Assembly (NCBI GenBank): GCA_023244895.1
Contig: JAHFLL010000001.1
Coordinates: 83,630 to 147,629 of the forward strand
DNA: 64,000 nucleotides
Source: Candidatus Liptonbacteria bacterium
Lineage (GTDB): Bacteria > Patescibacteriota > Minisyncoccia > UBA6257 > 2-01-FULL-56-20
Direction of reading: 5' to 3'
A program made the translations under genes and the position numbers. The notes under the pieces were generated by a model. The model ran no database searches and was not told the DNA's origin. It worked only from the letters and a program-made list of their open reading frames with translations. Shown piece by piece: positions 26,951 through 35,494 of this stretch. Position 1 is the first letter of the stretch, and each line of letters begins with the position of its first letter.

Positions 26951-27253
26951 GTGAATGCTATGCGTGTTTTTGTGATAATAATCCTCTCTCTTTTCTTGGT
27001 GTTTTTGGTCGGGCAGATATGGAATCACAACGCGCGCATAAAGTCTGTTCAAGCGGATTTAAACAAGCTAGAGAAAGATGTGTCGCAAGCCAAGAGCGAG
27101 TACAAAAAAATGGAAGATGACCTGGAGTATTACTCCGACCCGGTTAATTTAGAAAAAGAATTACGCGCGCGCTTCAACTATCGCGCCAAGGACGAGAAGA
27201 TGATAATCATAGTTCCAACTTCCAGCATAAAAATACAAAGCTCCACGCCTTAA
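26951..27253 (+). CDS. FtsB/DivIC-like septum formation initiator
   Basis: TM helix, coiled coil, then C-terminal LRARFNYRAKDEKMIIIV. Confidence 0.55.
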   Translation: MNAMRVFVIIILSLFLVFLVGQIWNHNARIKSVQADLNKLEKDVSQAKSEYKKMEDDLEYYSDPVNLEKELRARFNYRAKDEKMIIIVPTSSIKIQSSTP

Positions 27254-27254
27254 C

Positions 27255-27851
27255 ATGAAAGAAAAGATAAAACACATAGCCAAAGAGTATAAGCTCAAGT
27301 TAATCCTCGGCGCTTTGGTTCTGGCGGTGATTCTGGGGATAGGGCTAGTCTCCTTAAATCGCTATCCGATTGTAACCGTAAACGGCAGCCCCATCAGCGC
27401 CAACCGTTTCTGGAGAAACTACAAGGGCGCGGTCAAGTATTACGAAGGCGCCAAGAAATCCATGTCGCCGGACCAGCTGCCGACAAGCACGCCTAGCTCT
27501 ATGGAGATGCAGGCGGAAGTTATGACTCAGCTTATAGAGGCAGAGCTGATTTCCCAGGGGGCGGAAAAAGAGATAGGCAAGGATTTGGATTTTCTGGTTC
27601 AAAATAAAATTTCTCGCTATGAGAATAATCAGTCTCTGGCGCAGGCAGCGGGTTCCCTGTACGGAATGACCTACCAGGAGTTTCAAGATGAGGTAATGAT
27701 CCCCCAGGCGGAAAAAGAGATTTTGGTTGGCCGTTTTTATATGAGCGGAGATAATTTTGAGGAATGGTTTAGGGAACTCAAAAAATCAGCCTCCGTTAAT
27801 ATTTTTTCCAAAGGCTTTCGCTGGGACGGGGAGAGGGTCCGCCCCAATTAG
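27255..27851 (+). CDS. SurA N-terminal domain-like periplasmic chaperone
   Basis: signal anchor followed by YPIVTVNGSPISANRFW. Confidence 0.45.
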   Translation: MKEKIKHIAKEYKLKLILGALVLAVILGIGLVSLNRYPIVTVNGSPISANRFWRNYKGAVKYYEGAKKSMSPDQLPTSTPSSMEMQAEVMTQLIEAELISQGAEKEIGKDLDFLVQNKISRYENNQSLAQAAGSLYGMTYQEFQDEVMIPQAEKEILVGRFYMSGDNFEEWFRELKKSASVNIFSKGFRWDGERVRPN

Positions 27852-27883
27852 AAGTCAGAATATAGAAGTTGGAATTTAGAATG
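27849..27883 (+). repeat. heptad stop array TAGAAGT CAGAATA TAGAAGT TGGAATT TAGAATG
   Basis: TAG every 14 nt in 7-nt units; abuts the tRNA-Gly 3' end. Confidence 0.7.
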
Positions 27884-27957
27884 TGGAGCGGGTGATGGGA
27901 ATCGGACCCACGCTTTAACCTTGGGAAGGTCACGTACTGCCACTATACTACACCCGC
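27884..27957 (-). tRNA. tRNA-Gly (anticodon CCC)
   Basis: reverse complement GCGGGTGTAGTATAGTGGCAGTACGTGACCTTCCCAAGGTTAAAGCGTGGGTCCGATTCCCATCACCCGCTCCA folds as a cloverleaf with encoded CCA; T-loop reads TCCGATT (C at position 55, unusual); coordinates +/-2. Confidence 0.75.
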
Positions 27958-28028
27958 CTATTTGCTTACTTAAAATAACTTTTTGGCGGAAAATGGGCAA
28001 GTTCGGCGCGGCCTGAATTAAAAACAAA

Positions 28029-28670
28029 ATGCTGCTCCGACTGGGAAAATGCCCATATTTTTGGTACATTTTGAGCATGGAATTTCTACTGGGCAGGCAA
28101 CCGATAGAATTCAAGCCGGAGCATCTGCCGTTGCTCGTAAGCGGCCGAGATAAGTCTGGCGCATCATTCTTCTCGGTGAGTCTTGTCTCCACGCTGTTTC
28201 GGGCGGGGGAGAAGGCGCTTTTCTTCTCGCTCAAGCAGCCGGCCGTAGATGAGTTCCAAAAGCAATGCGCCGGGCCAGAGGAGCAGATATTCTGCGTTCA
28301 GGATATGGAAAAAATTTCTGAGCTATCGCAGTATCGGGCGGTTGTTGTAAAAAGCGGAGACAGCGAGATGTGCTCCGATTTGATTACAAGCTTGCCGGAC
28401 ATAAGCGAGCGGGTAATTTTTATAAAAAATTTCGAAGCAACCTTAAATCCGGTACTTTGGGATTTACTGGCAGATAATAACAAAGTGATTCTCTCCGGAG
28501 ACATAGACTTATCCCGATTAATGCCGGAGATTATCCGGAAAAAATACTCCACTAAAATATTGTTTTCCCAGCCGGATGCGGACTTGGGTATAAGTCTTCC
28601 AGAGCTGCCCAGATATAGTGGATACATGATCGGCAAGGCGGGGAAGGGAATTATTAGTATTGAGATGTAG
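28029..28670 (+). CDS. hypothetical protein (start probably MEFLLGRQ at 28077)
   Basis: backbone GC; no confident domain; degenerate P-loop-like SGRDKSGAS. Confidence 0.45.
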   Translation: MLLRLGKCPYFWYILSMEFLLGRQPIEFKPEHLPLLVSGRDKSGASFFSVSLVSTLFRAGEKALFFSLKQPAVDEFQKQCAGPEEQIFCVQDMEKISELSQYRAVVVKSGDSEMCSDLITSLPDISERVIFIKNFEATLNPVLWDLLADNNKVILSGDIDLSRLMPEIIRKKYSTKILFSQPDADLGISLPELPRYSGYMIGKAGKGIISIEM

Positions 28671-28698
28671 CGCTCTGCGGAATTTTGGAATAGAGGTT

Positions 28699-28746
28699 TA
28701 AAAACTAAAATGCAAACGGCTCACCGGGACTAATTCCGGCGAGCCG
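28699..28746 (-). terminator. intrinsic terminator for the 114-aa gene (CGGCTCGCCGG aattagt CCGGTGAGCCG then TTTGCATTTT on the minus strand)
   Basis: 11-bp GC stem followed by a T-run. Confidence 0.55.
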
Positions 28747-28780
28747 TGCAGTTCGGGTCCGAGGCTGGCTTGTCGCTAGC

Positions 28781-29125
28781 CTAGGACATGATGGCGTGAA
28801 GCAGGGCGAGGCAGGGCCCGCCCACGCTTCCGAGGAAGAAGCCGATCGCGATGACTATCGCGTAGACCTCCAGCGCGGAAGTGCGTGGCTTGCGCCGCTT
28901 GAGCTTCCCGGCCAGATTGGCGAGGAGGCAGAGCAATGGCATCACCAAGATCCAGGTCAATGCGCGCCCCGTGGCCTGGTCTTGCGGACTGGCGCTTGGC
29001 CAGCCTGAGGACATGAGCCACCAGCCGCCCCAGATCGCCGCCAGCAGGGCGAGGATCGTCGTGAGGACGACGGCCCACTCCCATTTGCCGCAATCGATTC
29101 CGTTCGCCGCCGTGACGCTTGTCAT
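28781..29125 (-). CDS. 114-aa high-GC membrane protein (Trp-rich, about 3 predicted TM segments)
   Basis: GGAGGAG SD 4 nt upstream of the ATG; upstream TTGCCA-16-TATTTT promoter. Confidence 0.5.
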   Translation of the reverse strand: MTSVTAANGIDCGKWEWAVVLTTILALLAAIWGGWWLMSSGWPSASPQDQATGRALTWILVMPLLCLLANLAGKLKRRKPRTSALEVYAIVIAIGFFLGSVGGPCLALLHAIMS

Positions 29126-29156
29126 GCGCTCCTCCAGTCTGTTGGGACCTAGCGCT

Positions 29157-29185
29157 AAAATATCACAACCAGAAAAGTTGGCAAA
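29157..29185 (-). promoter_or_regulatory. candidate promoter TTGCCA-16/17-TATTTT for the 114-aa gene
   Basis: minus-strand TTGCCAACTTTTCTGGTTGTGATATTTTAGCG. Confidence 0.4.
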
Positions 29186-29196
29186 TATGGAAACCC

Positions 29197-29640
29197 CTAT
29201 TCTCCCAAAACTAAAACTTGCACTTTGCGGGGCCGGGCTTGGTCCAGCTCTATGAATAAAATTCTCTGCCAGGTGCCGAGTTGAAGCTTCCCGTCAATTA
29301 AATTAAGAGTGACATTTCCGGAAAAGTGGACTGCTTTGCAATGGGCGTGGCCGTTGGCGCACTCCCCGTCGCAGACATTCACGGTGCGGATATCAAAATT
29401 ATCGTGACCGTACTCCTTCTCCCGGGAAGCAACTTCTTCAATATGCTTTTTTAAATCTTGCCAGAAGAGAGGCTCGTTTTCATTCAGAAAAAGACCGGTG
29501 GTGGTGTGAAGCGTTTGGACATTCACTAATCCGTTTTTTATTCCGCTCTTGCCGATAAATTCTAGAACCTGGTCGGTCAAGTCTATTATCTCTAAAGATT
29601 CTTTGGTCTGGTAGCTGAAAGTTGTATGCGCGGTTTTCAT
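29197..29640 (-). CDS. YjbQ/UPF0047 family protein
   Basis: ANGHAHCKA...LQLGTWQRILFIELD matches the YjbQ family. Confidence 0.75.
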   Translation of the reverse strand: MKTAHTTFSYQTKESLEIIDLTDQVLEFIGKSGIKNGLVNVQTLHTTTGLFLNENEPLFWQDLKKHIEEVASREKEYGHDNFDIRTVNVCDGECANGHAHCKAVHFSGNVTLNLIDGKLQLGTWQRILFIELDQARPRKVQVLVLGE

Positions 29641-29676
29641 TTTGTAGTGTAATTTATCCCTGTTAACTTCTAACTT
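29641..29676 (-). repeat. heptad stop array (minus strand: TAGATAG AAGTTAG AAGTTAA) after the permease stop
   Basis: same AAGTTAG unit as the arrays at 543 and 20314. Confidence 0.6.
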
Positions 29677-30450
29677 CTATCTATGAGGTTTAAGCAGGCT
29701 CAGAATAAATAAGCCGGTTGCTACTACCACTACTGTAGCGCCCAATTCCAAGGAGTATGTGCTTGCTATCAAATATCCCAGAACCATAGCTACTATTCCG
29801 AGCAGCGAAGACAGAACCAAGAATCTATTAAGAGAGTGGGTGAGTTGGCGAGCGGTAGCAGCCGGAATGATTATGAGCGATCCCACTAGGAGCGCGCCCA
29901 AGAACCTAAGACTTACTAATATGGCGAGCCCGAAGAGAAGCAGGAACCAAAGATTTACCCGGTCTACATTGACTTTAGCGGATGCGGCCAAGTCCGGAGA
30001 AAAAAGCGTGAGGATAAGCTTGTGCCGCAGCTGCCAGAGCGCGAAGATGATAAAGAGGCTGACCAAGCTGCCGAACCAGAATTCCGCCGACGATAATTTT
30101 CCGAATCCGCCGAAGAGAGCATCGATTAGTTCTTCGGTGGAGTTTATGAGGAGCGCGCCCAGGGCTACGGAGCTCGCGAATATCACGCCGATAACCGCTT
30201 CCGTGGTCAGGCTAGTTTTCTTCTGCAGCTGCCAGATTATCAGTATTCCCAAAAGAAGTGTCAGTCCCGCTCCAAACAGGGGATTTATTTTCCAAAGCAG
30301 GGCCAGTCCCAATCCGGGAATGGCGATATGAGACATAACGTCACCCGCTAGAATGGTTCGCTTCATAAGCGCGAACGCGCCGACTAGTCCCGCGGCCGCG
30401 GCAGCGATAAGCGCTAAGATAAGGGGTAAGGCTTGATCGTATAGCATCAT
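29677..30450 (-). CDS. metal (Zn/Mn) ABC transporter permease, ABC-3 family
   Basis: 8-TM ABC-3 (ZnuB/TroD-like) profile. Confidence 0.8.
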   Translation of the reverse strand: MMLYDQALPLILALIAAAAAGLVGAFALMKRTILAGDVMSHIAIPGLGLALLWKINPLFGAGLTLLLGILIIWQLQKKTSLTTEAVIGVIFASSVALGALLINSTEELIDALFGGFGKLSSAEFWFGSLVSLFIIFALWQLRHKLILTLFSPDLAASAKVNVDRVNLWFLLLFGLAILVSLRFLGALLVGSLIIIPAATARQLTHSLNRFLVLSSLLGIVAMVLGYLIASTYSLELGATVVVVATGLFILSLLKPHR

Positions 30451-30458
30451 TTTATTTT

Positions 30459-31298
30459 TTATTCGTGTTGACCGTGATGATGCAGAGCGTGGTCCGGGCT
30501 GTATAGTTTACTGATCATCTCGGACGTGAGAGCCTGTTCCGGCGGGCCGAAGCAGATGCCTTCTCTATTCAGGCACAGCACTTGGTCGGCGTAGCGGTAA
30601 ACGATGCTCAGTTCATGGGATACCAATATTATGGATATGCCGTCTTTGGTCTTAAGCTCGTGCATCAAATCGTAAACGTGCTCTTCCGCGAGCTGGTCCA
30701 GACTGGCAGTCGGTTCGTCGAACAGTATCACGTTCGGTTTGCCTACCATCGCAAAGGCAATCAAAGCTTTCTGAAATTGCCCTCCGGAGAGATGTCCGAT
30801 GGGAGTGTTTAGTACTGCCGAAGATATTTTAAGTCGGGAAATAATATCGTTTACGTCGGAGTCTTTGATATTCTGAACATCTGCCTTGGCGCTGATGAGA
30901 TTCTTTGCCGTCATCGGCAGGTGGATGTCGGCGTCTATCTTTTGTGGCACGTAGCTTACTCTTGCATCCGGAGCCCACGCCGTTTTTCCGGAGTGTGGCA
31001 AAATTCCTAAAAGGGACTTAAGTAAAACTGTTTTTCCGGAACCATTCGGTCCGATAATAGCCAGAGTGCTGCCACGTTCCAGGTCAAAAGACAGGTTTTT
31101 TAGAACCTGTTTACCGTCCAGAGTGACGCCGAGATTGGATACGTTAAGAATTTTGTCCACGGTCTTATAGCTTCGTGATTCTATAATAAAAGAAGGGTTT
31201 ACTCCAGACCTAATGTGGAAGCTCTCTGGGGGTCGTTTTGTGGGTTCGGTATTAGATGTATAATCTTCGTATGCCTGAAAAAATAGATTTTCCGCCAA
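30459..31298 (-). CDS. metal ABC transporter ATP-binding protein (ZnuC-like; true start probably GTG near 31158)
   Basis: Walker A GPNGSGKT and signature LSGGQFQK; the long N-terminal extension overlaps an opposite-strand ORF. Confidence 0.8.
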   Translation of the reverse strand: MAENLFFQAYEDYTSNTEPTKRPPESFHIRSGVNPSFIIESRSYKTVDKILNVSNLGVTLDGKQVLKNLSFDLERGSTLAIIGPNGSGKTVLLKSLLGILPHSGKTAWAPDARVSYVPQKIDADIHLPMTAKNLISAKADVQNIKDSDVNDIISRLKISSAVLNTPIGHLSGGQFQKALIAFAMVGKPNVILFDEPTASLDQLAEEHVYDLMHELKTKDGISIILVSHELSIVYRYADQVLCLNREGICFGPPEQALTSEMISKLYSPDHALHHHGQHE

Positions 31299-31573
31299 CC
31301 CCAGTAGAGCAAGTATTTAATTCCAGCGAGCTAAGGGAAGCGCTTGGCTTTGTGTCCGCGGAATCAGTTGAGATAAAAAAATTTAACGAGTTTGATGGGA
31401 GGGAATACGTGACGAGCCTGGCGAATGGTGAGAATAATTTTGAAATAAAATCAGGCATGCCACTTCCGTTTATGCTTGATTTCTCAAAAGGACAGGGAGC
31501 GGGCCTCCAGTCTTTTCGGGATGGTTTGGGCAAGTTACTAAAGGAGGTAGAGGCGCACAATAACGGTAGCTAG
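31256..31573 (+). CDS. hypothetical small protein (about 100 aa, start likely MPEKIDF)
   Basis: ORF between znuC-like and dnaG; no recognisable domain. Confidence 0.35.
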   Translation: MYNLRMPEKIDFPPTPVEQVFNSSELREALGFVSAESVEIKKFNEFDGREYVTSLANGENNFEIKSGMPLPFMLDFSKGQGAGLQSFRDGLGKLLKEVEAHNNGS

Positions 31574-31639
31574 CTGTTTTTCTCGCATATTTTGCGGGGT
31601 CTTGTCGGCTTAGTCTTTGTGGCATAAAATCCAAGCGAC

Positions 31640-33352
31640 ATGACGACCCTCTCTCCAGTTGAAGAAATAAAGCAAAAGCTGGACATTGTAGAATTTTTGC
31701 GCGGTTACCTGACGGTCCAGCCGGCTGGTAAGAATTTCAAGGCTAATTGTCCATTTCATAAAGAGAAGACTCCCTCCTTTATGATTTCTCCGGAACGCCA
31801 GTCCTGGCATTGTTTCGGCTGTGGCATCGGCGGGGATGTTTTCAGTTTCACGATGCGCTATGAGAACGTGGAGTTCGGAGAAGCGTTGCGCATTCTGGCG
31901 GACAAAGCCGGAATTGAACTGCGCAGGCTTAACCCCGCGGAATATAAATATACCGGACTCTTATATGAGCTAAATCAATTAGCCAAAGAATTTTTCCGCA
32001 AAGAGTTGGAGAATTCCCAAGAGGCGAAAAAATATCTCGCGGAGCGGGGCTTAAAACAAGAGACTATAAATGAGTTTGAAATAGGCTGGGCACCCAACAA
32101 GCCGGAAGCGTTGACCTTCCACCTCTTGAATATGAATTATCGGCCGGAAGATATGGTTCAGGCCGGTCTCTCTTTCAAGACCGACCGGGGAGCGCAGATT
32201 GATCGCTTTCGGGGCAGGATAATGTTTCCAATACATAATCATCTGGGCAAGGTGGTGGGATTTACGGGTAGGATATTGCCCCAGTTAGATAATGGCCAGA
32301 CCGGGAAGTATGTGAACAGTCCCGAAACTCCAATTTTCAATAAGTCCAAATTACTATACGGGTTCTGGAAGAGTAAGGACGCGATTCGAGACGCGGGCGA
32401 GGCGTTTCTAGTAGAAGGACAGATGGACTTTCTGATGAGCTATCAAACCGGCGTCAGAAATGTTTTCGCCAGTTCTGGCACGGCGCTCACTCCGGACCAT
32501 CTACGGGTTCTAAAAAGGATGTGTGAAAAGTTGGTGGTAAGTTTTGATAGCGACGCGGCCGGGCTCGCGGCAGGAGAACGGGCGATTGAGCTCGCGGAGG
32601 CAAACGATTTCCAGGTTAAAGTTCTTTCGCTGGGGAAATATAAGGATCCGGCGGAGGCCGCCCAGGCAGAACCAGAGTTTTTGAAGGAAACGGTCAAGAA
32701 TGCCCGCCCCGCCCCGGAGTTTTATTTTTTGCGCTACGGTTTAACCGGTCCGGTAAATCTGGGAGACAGAGAGGTCTTGGGAAGAGTGCGGGGCGCGCTT
32801 CAAAAATTAGCTCACATTGCGAGCCCGGTAGAGCGCTCTTACTGGCTAAAGGAGTTGTCCAAGAAAATCGGAGCAGACGAGGAGGCGTTGCGCGCGGAGA
32901 TGCAAGGAATCTCTGGTAAGCCCAGTCAAGAAGGTGTCGGCAAGGAGGCAATCAAAGAGAACCCGCCTGCCGAGCCGATTTTGCCGATTACGCGCTGGGA
33001 GCTATTGAGCCAAAGACTGCTATCTGCTATGCTGGCATTAAACAAGTTTGAATTCTTGGGCGAATCCGCCAAGTGCCTCGCGTCCGGCTACGAGCCGGTT
33101 TTAGACTTATTGCGGGCAGGGCAAAGACGCTCGGAAGATTTAAGGCTGGATGGAGTTTTGAATTTGATAGTATTGCGTTCAGAGGAGCTCTCGGAAAGCG
33201 AAATTTCCGAATTAAAAGAGCACCTGGTTCGCGAATATTCTAAGGAACGTCGCAAGGAACTGACTCAGGTTATCCGCCAGGCGGAAGCGAGAGGCGACGA
33301 AGCGGCGATGCAAAAAGCGATGGAGGAGGTAAGGGGGTTGCCGACATATTAA
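31640..33352 (+). CDS. dnaG: DNA primase
   Basis: zinc ribbon CPFHKEKTPSF...CFGCG and a TOPRIM domain. Confidence 0.9.
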   Translation: MTTLSPVEEIKQKLDIVEFLRGYLTVQPAGKNFKANCPFHKEKTPSFMISPERQSWHCFGCGIGGDVFSFTMRYENVEFGEALRILADKAGIELRRLNPAEYKYTGLLYELNQLAKEFFRKELENSQEAKKYLAERGLKQETINEFEIGWAPNKPEALTFHLLNMNYRPEDMVQAGLSFKTDRGAQIDRFRGRIMFPIHNHLGKVVGFTGRILPQLDNGQTGKYVNSPETPIFNKSKLLYGFWKSKDAIRDAGEAFLVEGQMDFLMSYQTGVRNVFASSGTALTPDHLRVLKRMCEKLVVSFDSDAAGLAAGERAIELAEANDFQVKVLSLGKYKDPAEAAQAEPEFLKETVKNARPAPEFYFLRYGLTGPVNLGDREVLGRVRGALQKLAHIASPVERSYWLKELSKKIGADEEALRAEMQGISGKPSQEGVGKEAIKENPPAEPILPITRWELLSQRLLSAMLALNKFEFLGESAKCLASGYEPVLDLLRAGQRRSEDLRLDGVLNLIVLRSEELSESEISELKEHLVREYSKERRKELTQVIRQAEARGDEAAMQKAMEEVRGLPTY

Positions 33353-33390
33353 TAATTAGTAAGTAGATAGTGGTGGGCAGTAGGAGACGG
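33350..33390 (+). repeat. heptad stop array TAATAAT TAGTAAG TAGATAG ...
   Basis: stops at 33350, 33357 and 33364 in 7-nt phase, plus extra out-of-phase stops. Confidence 0.55.
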
Positions 33391-33412
33391 GAAACAAAAA
33401 GACACAAACAAA

Positions 33413-34711
33413 ATGAAGAAGAAAAATAAAAAGAAGACCAAGCCGGTTAGAAAGATAAGAAAGGTATTAAAAAAGAAGAAATCTGCGAAAAAAGTTATTA
33501 AGAAAACGAAGAAGGCGGTTAAGAAAGTTGCCAAAAAAATAAAGAAGGCGAAGAAGGTCAAGAAGGTTGCTCACAAGAAGAAGCCGCTAAAAAAGTCCGG
33601 CAAGAAGGGGGAGAAAAAGGGTAAGGGTAAAATAGACACGGCGGCTCTAGAAGAGCTGATTGAGCGCGGCCGTCCGCGCGGATTTGTGACCGACAACGAA
33701 ATCCTTTATTTCTTTCCCGATATAGAAAAGGACGTTTCATTTTTGGACGAGGTCTATGATCGCCTAGAGAAAGCAAATATAAAAGTAATTGAGACAGAGG
33801 GTTTAATAAAAGTGGAGGAGAAGGATGAGCCGACCGAATCCGAATTGGCGGATTTGGCGAGTCTGGAGCGTGGCACTCCGGACGCGGTGCAGGTGTATTT
33901 GAAGGAAATCGGCAAGACGCCTCTCTTAACCAAACAAGAAGAGAGAGACTTGGCCAAGCGCTCGGATGCCGGCGACGAGGAGGCGAGACAAAAGTTAATG
34001 AAAGCCAACCTGCGCCTAGTGGTTTCTATCGCCAAGCGCTACGCCAACCGCACCCCCAACCTTTCTATTTTAGACCTAATCCAGGAGGGTAATATTGGTT
34101 TATCCCGCGCGGTGGAAAAATTTGACTATCGCAAGGGATTTAAGTTCTCAACCTACGCAACCTGGTGGATTCGCCAGGCGATTACGCGCGCCCTAGCGGA
34201 CCAGTCTCGCACTATTCGTATTCCGGTCCACATGGTAGAGACTATCTCTAAGTACGCGCAGGCCAGGCGTCAGATGATACAGGAGCTGGGCAGAGAGCCA
34301 CTGCCGGAAGAAATTGCCGCGGAAATGGGTCTGGACGTAGACAAGGTTTTGCATATCCAAAAAATTTCCCAAGAAGTTTTATCAATTGAGGCGCCGGTAG
34401 GAGATGAGGAGGATTCCACTCTATCCGACTTCATTCCGGACGAGAAGACAACCACTCCTTCTCAGCTCGCGGCACACGCTCTTTTGCGCGACTTACTCAA
34501 AGAAATAATGATAGATCTGACCGAGCGCGAGCAGAACATTTTGAAAATGCGTTTCGGCTTAGAGGATGGCGTGAGCCACACCCTAGAAGAGGTGGGTAAG
34601 GTTTCCGGTGTTACTCGCGAGCGTATCAGACAGATAGAAGCTAAGGCACTAGAGAAGATCCGCGACCATCACAAAGCTAAGGCGTTGGAAGGTTTTGATA
34701 GCTTGACTTAA
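33413..34711 (+). CDS. rpoD: RNA polymerase sigma factor RpoD (Lys-rich N-terminal tail)
   Basis: sigma70 regions 2-4 ([14 protein letters not shown], helix-turn-helix in region 4.2). Confidence 0.9.
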   Translation: MKKKNKKKTKPVRKIRKVLKKKKSAKKVIKKTKKAVKKVAKKIKKAKKVKKVAHKKKPLKKSGKKGEKKGKGKIDTAALEELIERGRPRGFVTDNEILYFFPDIEKDVSFLDEVYDRLEKANIKVIETEGLIKVEEKDEPTESELADLASLERGTPDAVQVYLKEIGKTPLLTKQEERDLAKRSDAGDEEARQKLMKANLRLVVSIAKRYANRTPNLSILDLIQEGNIGLSRAVEKFDYRKGFKFSTYATWWIRQAITRALADQSRTIRIPVHMVETISKYAQARRQMIQELGREPLPEEIAAEMGLDVDKVLHIQKISQEVLSIEAPVGDEEDSTLSDFIPDEKTTTPSQLAAHALLRDLLKEIMIDLTEREQNILKMRFGLEDGVSHTLEEVGKVSGVTRERIRQIEAKALEKIRDHHKAKALEGFDSLT

Positions 34712-34731
34712 TTATAATTTGATTATATAAA
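34703..34731 (+). promoter_or_regulatory. sigma70-like promoter TTGACT-17-TATAAA whose -35 overlaps the rpoD stop codon
   Basis: TTGACTTAATTATA... parallels TTGACTAATTATA at 12190, and AAAGTGG parallels 12755. Confidence 0.45.
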
Positions 34732-34798
34732 GTGGTCAGAAATCGGGGCCGTGTGGTCTCGAGTCTTTGAATCTGCCACCCCAATCTTAGGAGGAGCC

Positions 34799-35431
34799 GT
34801 GGAGCCGAAATTCCGCTACGCCGAAGTTGGTCTGTACGGCGGGAAAAACTGGCAAAGAGTCATATCTCTGTGCCGCCTCTTCGTGCAGCCGCTCTTCAGC
34901 TGCGCGATCGTTATCATCTTATGGCACATCATGATTTGGACGAAGCAGTACTACCCGCCCGCAATCGTGTCCATGGTGGAAAACACTCACCTGCAGTGGG
35001 TTGGCGCGATACACGGTGCGCTTGCAGTCTTCTTGTTGGTTTTCCAGAGTTCGGAAAATTGGAGCAAGATGATCGATGCCTTCGAGCTGGGCGAGGACGA
35101 CGAGTTCGTGAGGCTCATCCACAAGCAGGCCAATCCTCCGCCGGTGAAGTACGTCCTGCGAGTTACCGGGGCAGCGACCAACCTGCTCTCAATCAGCTTT
35201 CCAGTCTCCAATTACAACTGGAACCTGATACTGGTCTTCATCGTGGCCTTCATCGTGGCCATCCTGTGGGAGATGCTGATGGAGATGGAAAACCCCACAG
35301 ACGGAATCTGGGCCATCCTCAACATTCCTTTGAGGCTGGCGGAGAGAGTCAGGGATCTCAATCTCCCGAAGCGGCGGATGGATCGCTTCTGGGAGTGGCT
35401 GGCCAACCGCGTCGCGCCAGCCAAGAGCTAG
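34799..35431 (+). CDS. high-GC polytopic membrane protein (about 210 aa from a GTG start)
   Basis: AGGAGGAG SD then GTG; several hydrophobic helices; GC-rich. Confidence 0.45.
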   Translation: MEPKFRYAEVGLYGGKNWQRVISLCRLFVQPLFSCAIVIILWHIMIWTKQYYPPAIVSMVENTHLQWVGAIHGALAVFLLVFQSSENWSKMIDAFELGEDDEFVRLIHKQANPPPVKYVLRVTGAATNLLSISFPVSNYNWNLILVFIVAFIVAILWEMLMEMENPTDGIWAILNIPLRLAERVRDLNLPKRRMDRFWEWLANRVAPAKS

Positions 35432-35455
35432 AGCGTGGAGAGCAATGCAAGCATC

Positions 35456-35494
35456 GCGCCCGGGTGAAGTTCCCCGGGCGCAGCTGTTTATTTG
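35456..35494 (+). terminator. intrinsic terminator GCGCCCGGG tgaagttcc CCGGGCGC then AGCTGTTTATTTG
   Basis: perfect 8/9-bp stem followed by a T-rich tail. Confidence 0.55.

Noticed and set aside
27848-28234. 128-aa minus-strand ORF
   Set aside because: It overlaps tRNA-Gly(CCC) and a heptad stop array, and has no SD or domain. It is a spurious ORF.
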